From contig CAWGKG010000017.1 of the NCBI GenBank assembly GCA_963823035.1, positions 160,001 through 224,000 of the forward strand: a stretch of DNA of 64,000 nucleotides. Direction: 5' to 3'. Position 1 is the stretch's first letter; each line of letters begins with the position of its first letter. Below the pieces are notes generated by a model. The model was not told where the DNA came from, did no database searches, and saw nothing but the letters and a program-made list of their open reading frames with translations. Below, in pieces: positions 60,247 through 64,000 of this stretch. A program made the position numbers and the translations under genes. This DNA is from an uncultured Gemmatimonadales bacterium. Lineage in GTDB: Bacteria; Gemmatimonadota; Gemmatimonadetes; Longimicrobiales; Gaopeijiaceae.

Positions 60247-61998
60247 GGCTGCGAGCCACCTTCCCCACCGGAACGCGCCGTCCAGCGGAGGTCGGCGATC
60301 TGGAAGTACGACCTCGCGTCCCACGACCGCGAGCGCAGCTCCATGCCGGACGCGATCCCGTCGCGCCCGCGGCTGAAGACGCCGCCACGACGACGCGCCC
60401 GCGACGCCGAAGTCGTAGCCTCGCGCACGGGGCCGAGCAGCATGGTCCCGTGCCTGCCGTCCGCTGCTCGAGCCCACCGGCCGAGCGGGAGCTCGGACAC
60501 GGCTCCGAGTTCATCGCTGTGGTACCACCCCACGTAGGGCGTCGCGGACACGGCGTCGAAGCGTGGAACCGGCACCCTGTTGCCGACGTCCCGGGTCGGG
60601 TCCTTCCCGGGTCGCGCCGCTCCACGACCAGGAGCGCCACGTCGCCGTCGGGTCCGGCTGCGAAGACCGTCCCGGGGCGGCTCAGGAGGAACCAGCCGTC
60701 GCCACGAGCCGGAAGAGGGGCATGAAGGGCGGTGATCCCGCGTGGCCGTACTCCAGGCGGCCGTCCCGCGGCCGCACCACCAGGACCGAGCCGTCCTCGA
60801 AGCGATACGCCCCGGCGTAGCCACGAAGACGCTCCCCGGGGACCTCCAAGCCCTCGGACTCGGCGGGCGGCGTCGAGATCATGCTGTCGGTCAGCATCAT
60901 CATGCTGGGTCCCGACGTCACCGGCCGCACCGGCTCGAGTCGGACGCCAGGAGGAGGTCGGCCGCGATGCGGGCGACCCGCGCCGGGTTGACGATGCCGG
61001 GCGACGCGGACGCGGCGGCCACCGCGAAGTCGAGATCCGGAAACACCTCGAAGTACGTCTCGGTGGCCACGCCGCTGCCGCCGTGGCTCAAGGTGGCCCG
61101 GCCCCGGTACTCCCCGAGCCCGATTCCCCATCAGGAGAGCGCTCCCGGAGGAGAGGGCCCCGGCTGCTCGATCCGGCCGTGGCGGCCGCGTCAGGTGGGA
61201 TGCAGGAGGTCGCCGCCGAACGCGTCATGTCTCCACGGTGCCGACCAGGCCGCCGGCACCGAAGGGCGTCCACCTGGCTCGCGACGAAGCGACCGTCGGG
61301 CCCCTTCACGAAGGGGAGCGCCCGGTCGGGAACCAGCGCTCGGGGGAGCCCGGGAAGCTCGACGCCGTCATCCCCAGACGCCGGAAGATGGCCGAGTCGG
61401 CATAGGCCGGGAACGACTTGCCGGAAACCCGCGCTACGATCTCGGCCAGGAGAGCGTACCCGCCGTTACCGTACCCCTCACGCTCCCCCGGAGCCCAGCG
61501 CAGGTGACGCTGTCGTAGGAGCACCCCCAGCACGTCCTGGTCGCTCACGGCGTCCCCGGGCTCCCACCCCGCGAGAGCCAGGAGTCCGTCACTGTCTTCC
61601 AGCCCGGAGGTGTGATGGAGGAGCTGCTCCAGGGTGACGCTCGCTCCGGAGAGATCCAGCTCCGGCAGGAAGCGTCCGGCGGGATCGTCGGGTGACAACG
61701 CGCCCGCCTCCGAGAGCTGGGCCACGGCGAAGCCGGTGAACTGCTTCGCCACGGAGGCCCAGTCGAATCGGGTGTCCAACGTGGCTCGAACACGCCGTTC
61801 CAGATCCGCGTACCCGGCGGCTCTGTGGTACACCACCTTCCCGTGATGCAGGACGGCCACCGCAACCGCGGGCAGGGGCTCGCCCGCGTCGACGGCGTCG
61901 AAGATCGAGTCGAGCACCCTGCTCGCGTCCTGTGCGCGCGCCGGGCCCGGCAGCCAAAGCACCGCCGCCGCAGCCCACCTCCAGGCCCGGGTCGTCAA
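60243..61998 (-). CDS. Secreted beta-lactamase/AmpC-like serine hydrolase with C-terminal extra domains (heavily frameshifted)
   Basis: FDWASVAKQFT (SxxK), LLHHTSG, YGNGGY (YxN), LSHGG, YAGAYRF and YVGWYHSDEL. Confidence 0.8.
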
Positions 61999-62773
61999 CG
62001 CCCGGCGGGCTTGGCGAACCGCACGACCTCTTCGGCGCCACCGCGCCGGATCGTGAGGACGACATCGTCACCGGAGGCGACCTGATCGTAGAAGAGCTCC
62101 AGACCCGCCAGGGCCGAGATGCCGCGACCGTTCACCGCCACGACCACGTCGCCGACACGCAGGCTCACCCGATCGGCCGCCGGATCGGAGCCACGGAACA
62201 CCACCTCGGGCATCCCCTGACCGTTGTCGCGGATGTGCGCCCCCGCGATCACCACCTCGGCGGCCCCCCCGCCCGGAGGCGCCAGGTTCGTCCAGGCGCC
62301 GACGCCCCCGGAGGGCGCCGGACCACCATGTGCTCGCCCGCAGCCGCATGGACTGGGCGGCGAACCGGATCGTGCGCGCATCGTCGCCGCGGACCACCCC
62401 AGGACGACCTCGTCCCCTCGGGAATCGCGTCGGAGGCGGCCGTGAGGGCGTCGACTCCGGTCACCTGCGCACCCTGCATCGAGACGATGCGAACCCCCTC
62501 CGCGAGGAGGGCCGGATCGGAGCCGGGCGCCTCACCCTCCACCACCCCCCGCACCACCACCCCACCGGACTCCGACTCGAGCAACGCCATCCGGCCGCCC
62601 GGCAACGACATCACCGTGCCGTCCCCTCGTATCATTTGCATCTGCTGCCCCGCGGAGGGCATCGGCGCAACGGCCGACCACGACCCGGCCACCAGACCCA
62701 CGCACAGTGCCCGGACCGCTCTGCGGGCCGCTCGCGCGTCTCCCCAGGAAACCCTTTCCCCGTCACGACGCAT
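61995..62773 (-). CDS. Secreted tandem-PDZ domain protein (frameshifted)
   Basis: LAEGVRIVSMQG and PAADRVSLRVGDVVVAVNG...VVLTIRRG. Confidence 0.65.
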
Positions 62774-62800
62774 CCCATGTCCTCCCGAGGCGTGAGCCAG

Positions 62801-62833
62801 TGTGTATTTTTTCACAGTGTGGAATTCTACACA
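62801..62833. promoter_or_regulatory. Two tandem 16-bp palindromic boxes, probable BlaI operator
   Basis: TGTGTATTTTTTCACA (62801-62816) and TGTGGAATTCTACACA (62818-62833), between divergent genes. Confidence 0.65.
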
Positions 62834-62853
62834 TTACGGGGTTATCGTCAACC

Positions 62854-63252
62854 ATGACCCAGGATCCCCATGCCGGGCTCAGCGCCCGGGAACGCGAGAT
62901 GTTCGACATCGTCCTGCGCCTCGGTGAAGCCACGGCGGCTCGTGTCGAGTCCGAGATGGAGGACCCGCCCTCCAACGCCACCGTCCGTTCCACGCTTCGC
63001 ATTCTGGAGCGCAAGGGGTGGCTGGCCCACCGGCGTGACGGCGCGCGCTTCGTATACCACGCCACGCAAGCGGACGAAGGACTGCGCAGGAAGGCCGCAG
63101 GACATTTCGTGGACACGTTCTTCGGGGGTTCGGTGACTGAAGCCATGAGCGCGCTGCTGGACGGACGATCACGGGCGCTCAGCCCCGGGGACCAGCGCAG
63201 ACTCGACGAGATCCTGCGTCGCCTTGAGGAGGAGGACGAGGTTCGACGATGA
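62854..63252 (+). CDS. BlaI/MecI/CopY family repressor
   Basis: LSAREREMFDIV, PPSNATVRSTLRILERKG and FVDTFFGGS. Confidence 0.92.
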   Translation: MTQDPHAGLSAREREMFDIVLRLGEATAARVESEMEDPPSNATVRSTLRILERKGWLAHRRDGARFVYHATQADEGLRRKAAGHFVDTFFGGSVTEAMSALLDGRSRALSPGDQRRLDEILRRLEEEDEVRR

Positions 63253-64000
63253 GCATGATCTTCGCCTGGAGCGGCGCCGTCGACGGCGACGTGACCCGGT
63301 CGCGGTGATGGAGCGCGAGGCGCCGGAAGGTCCGCGGCGTTCCGTCATGCGCTGTGGGTCGCGGCGCTGGTACCGTTGGCGACCGCTCCGTTCGTCCTCG
63401 CGCTCGTAGCGGCGGAACCGGGTGCGGGAGGCACGGCCACCCTGGCCGTCTCTCCACCATCCTGGACACCGGCCCCCGCCGCGACGGGGACGCTCCCCTG
63501 GCTCGCTCTGGCATGGTCCATCCCCGCGGTCGCCCTCCTGCTGCGCTCGATCGTGGGCTGGATCCTGGCCGGGCGCCTGACCCGCCGCACCGAGACCCCG
63601 ACGCGCCGCAAAGGCTGGCGGACGCGGAGGAGGCGGCCCGACGGGTGGGCTGCGCTCCGTGCCGACGCTCGCGGTGAGCGCCGACGTCGCCGGGCCGGCG
63701 GTGGTGGGTCTGCACCGTCCGACGCTCCTCCTGCCTCCGGACACCCTCTCGGTCTCGCCCTCCTTTCGCCGGGCGATCCTGGAGCACGAGTTCGCGCACA
63801 TCTCCCGTCGTGACGTTCTCGCCACGCGGCTCTCCGCCATCGTTCGCGCGTTGCACTGGTACAATCCCGTGATGTGGTGGGCGGTGCGCCGCCTCGACCT
63901 CGCCGCGGAGTGCGCGTGCGACGACGCCGTTCTCCGTGCCGGGCTCTCCGCCCGGGAGTACGCGAAGGTCCTGGTGCACGCCGCCCGCCCTCGCGCCGCA
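63249..64000 (+). CDS. BlaR1/MecR1-type M56 metallopeptidase (frameshifted, 3' truncated by the window)
   Basis: ILEHEFAHISRRD, HWYNPVMWW, ECACDDAVL and YAKVL. ATGA overlap with the BlaI-family gene. Confidence 0.9.

Noticed and set aside
1..64000. tRNA, rRNA, IS elements, integrases, prophage or defence systems
   Set aside because: None recognised by eye. A covariance-model or HMM search would be needed to exclude small RNAs.

Overview
High-GC bacterial genomic window, probably Gemmatimonadota. This is inferred from the SusC/SusD pair, the carboxypeptidase-regulatory/plug protein and the many secreted hydrolases; there is no marker gene. Many genes are broken by single-base indels that look like long-read consensus errors, so many calls are stitched across reading frames. 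In order, the window holds: the 3' end of phoD; a GntR-centred locus (SusC/SusD, an Asn-Thr-cleaved P1/S58 hydrolase, an AGXT2-like aminotransferase and mmsA) sharing a 13-bp upstream motif; an M61 peptidase-NPCBM-GH27 fusion; nucleoside uptake and kinase genes; a VPS10-like propeller protein and an amidohydrolase; mprF and an AcvB-like gene; DUF305 and LVIVD genes; a Tat-less DmsA with fused DmsBC; a degenerate serine hydrolase, a two-component system and an SRPBCC gene; a MATE exporter behind a leader-peptide attenuator; ppc; an SxtIJK(L)-like cluster (SGNH protein, tandem heme-oxygenase-like diiron enzyme, carbamoyltransferase, SxtJ-like protein and an unannotated 43-aa peptide ending NIYPFF); a TolB-amidohydrolase; a Tat alpha-hydroxy acid oxidase with CxxCH; a YqgE/AlgH gene; a selenocysteine peroxiredoxin (UGA plus SECIS); DUF885 and VanZ genes; and a BlaI/BlaR1 module divergent from a PDZ-serine hydrolase operon. 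I recognised no rRNA, tRNA, CRISPR array or mobile element.
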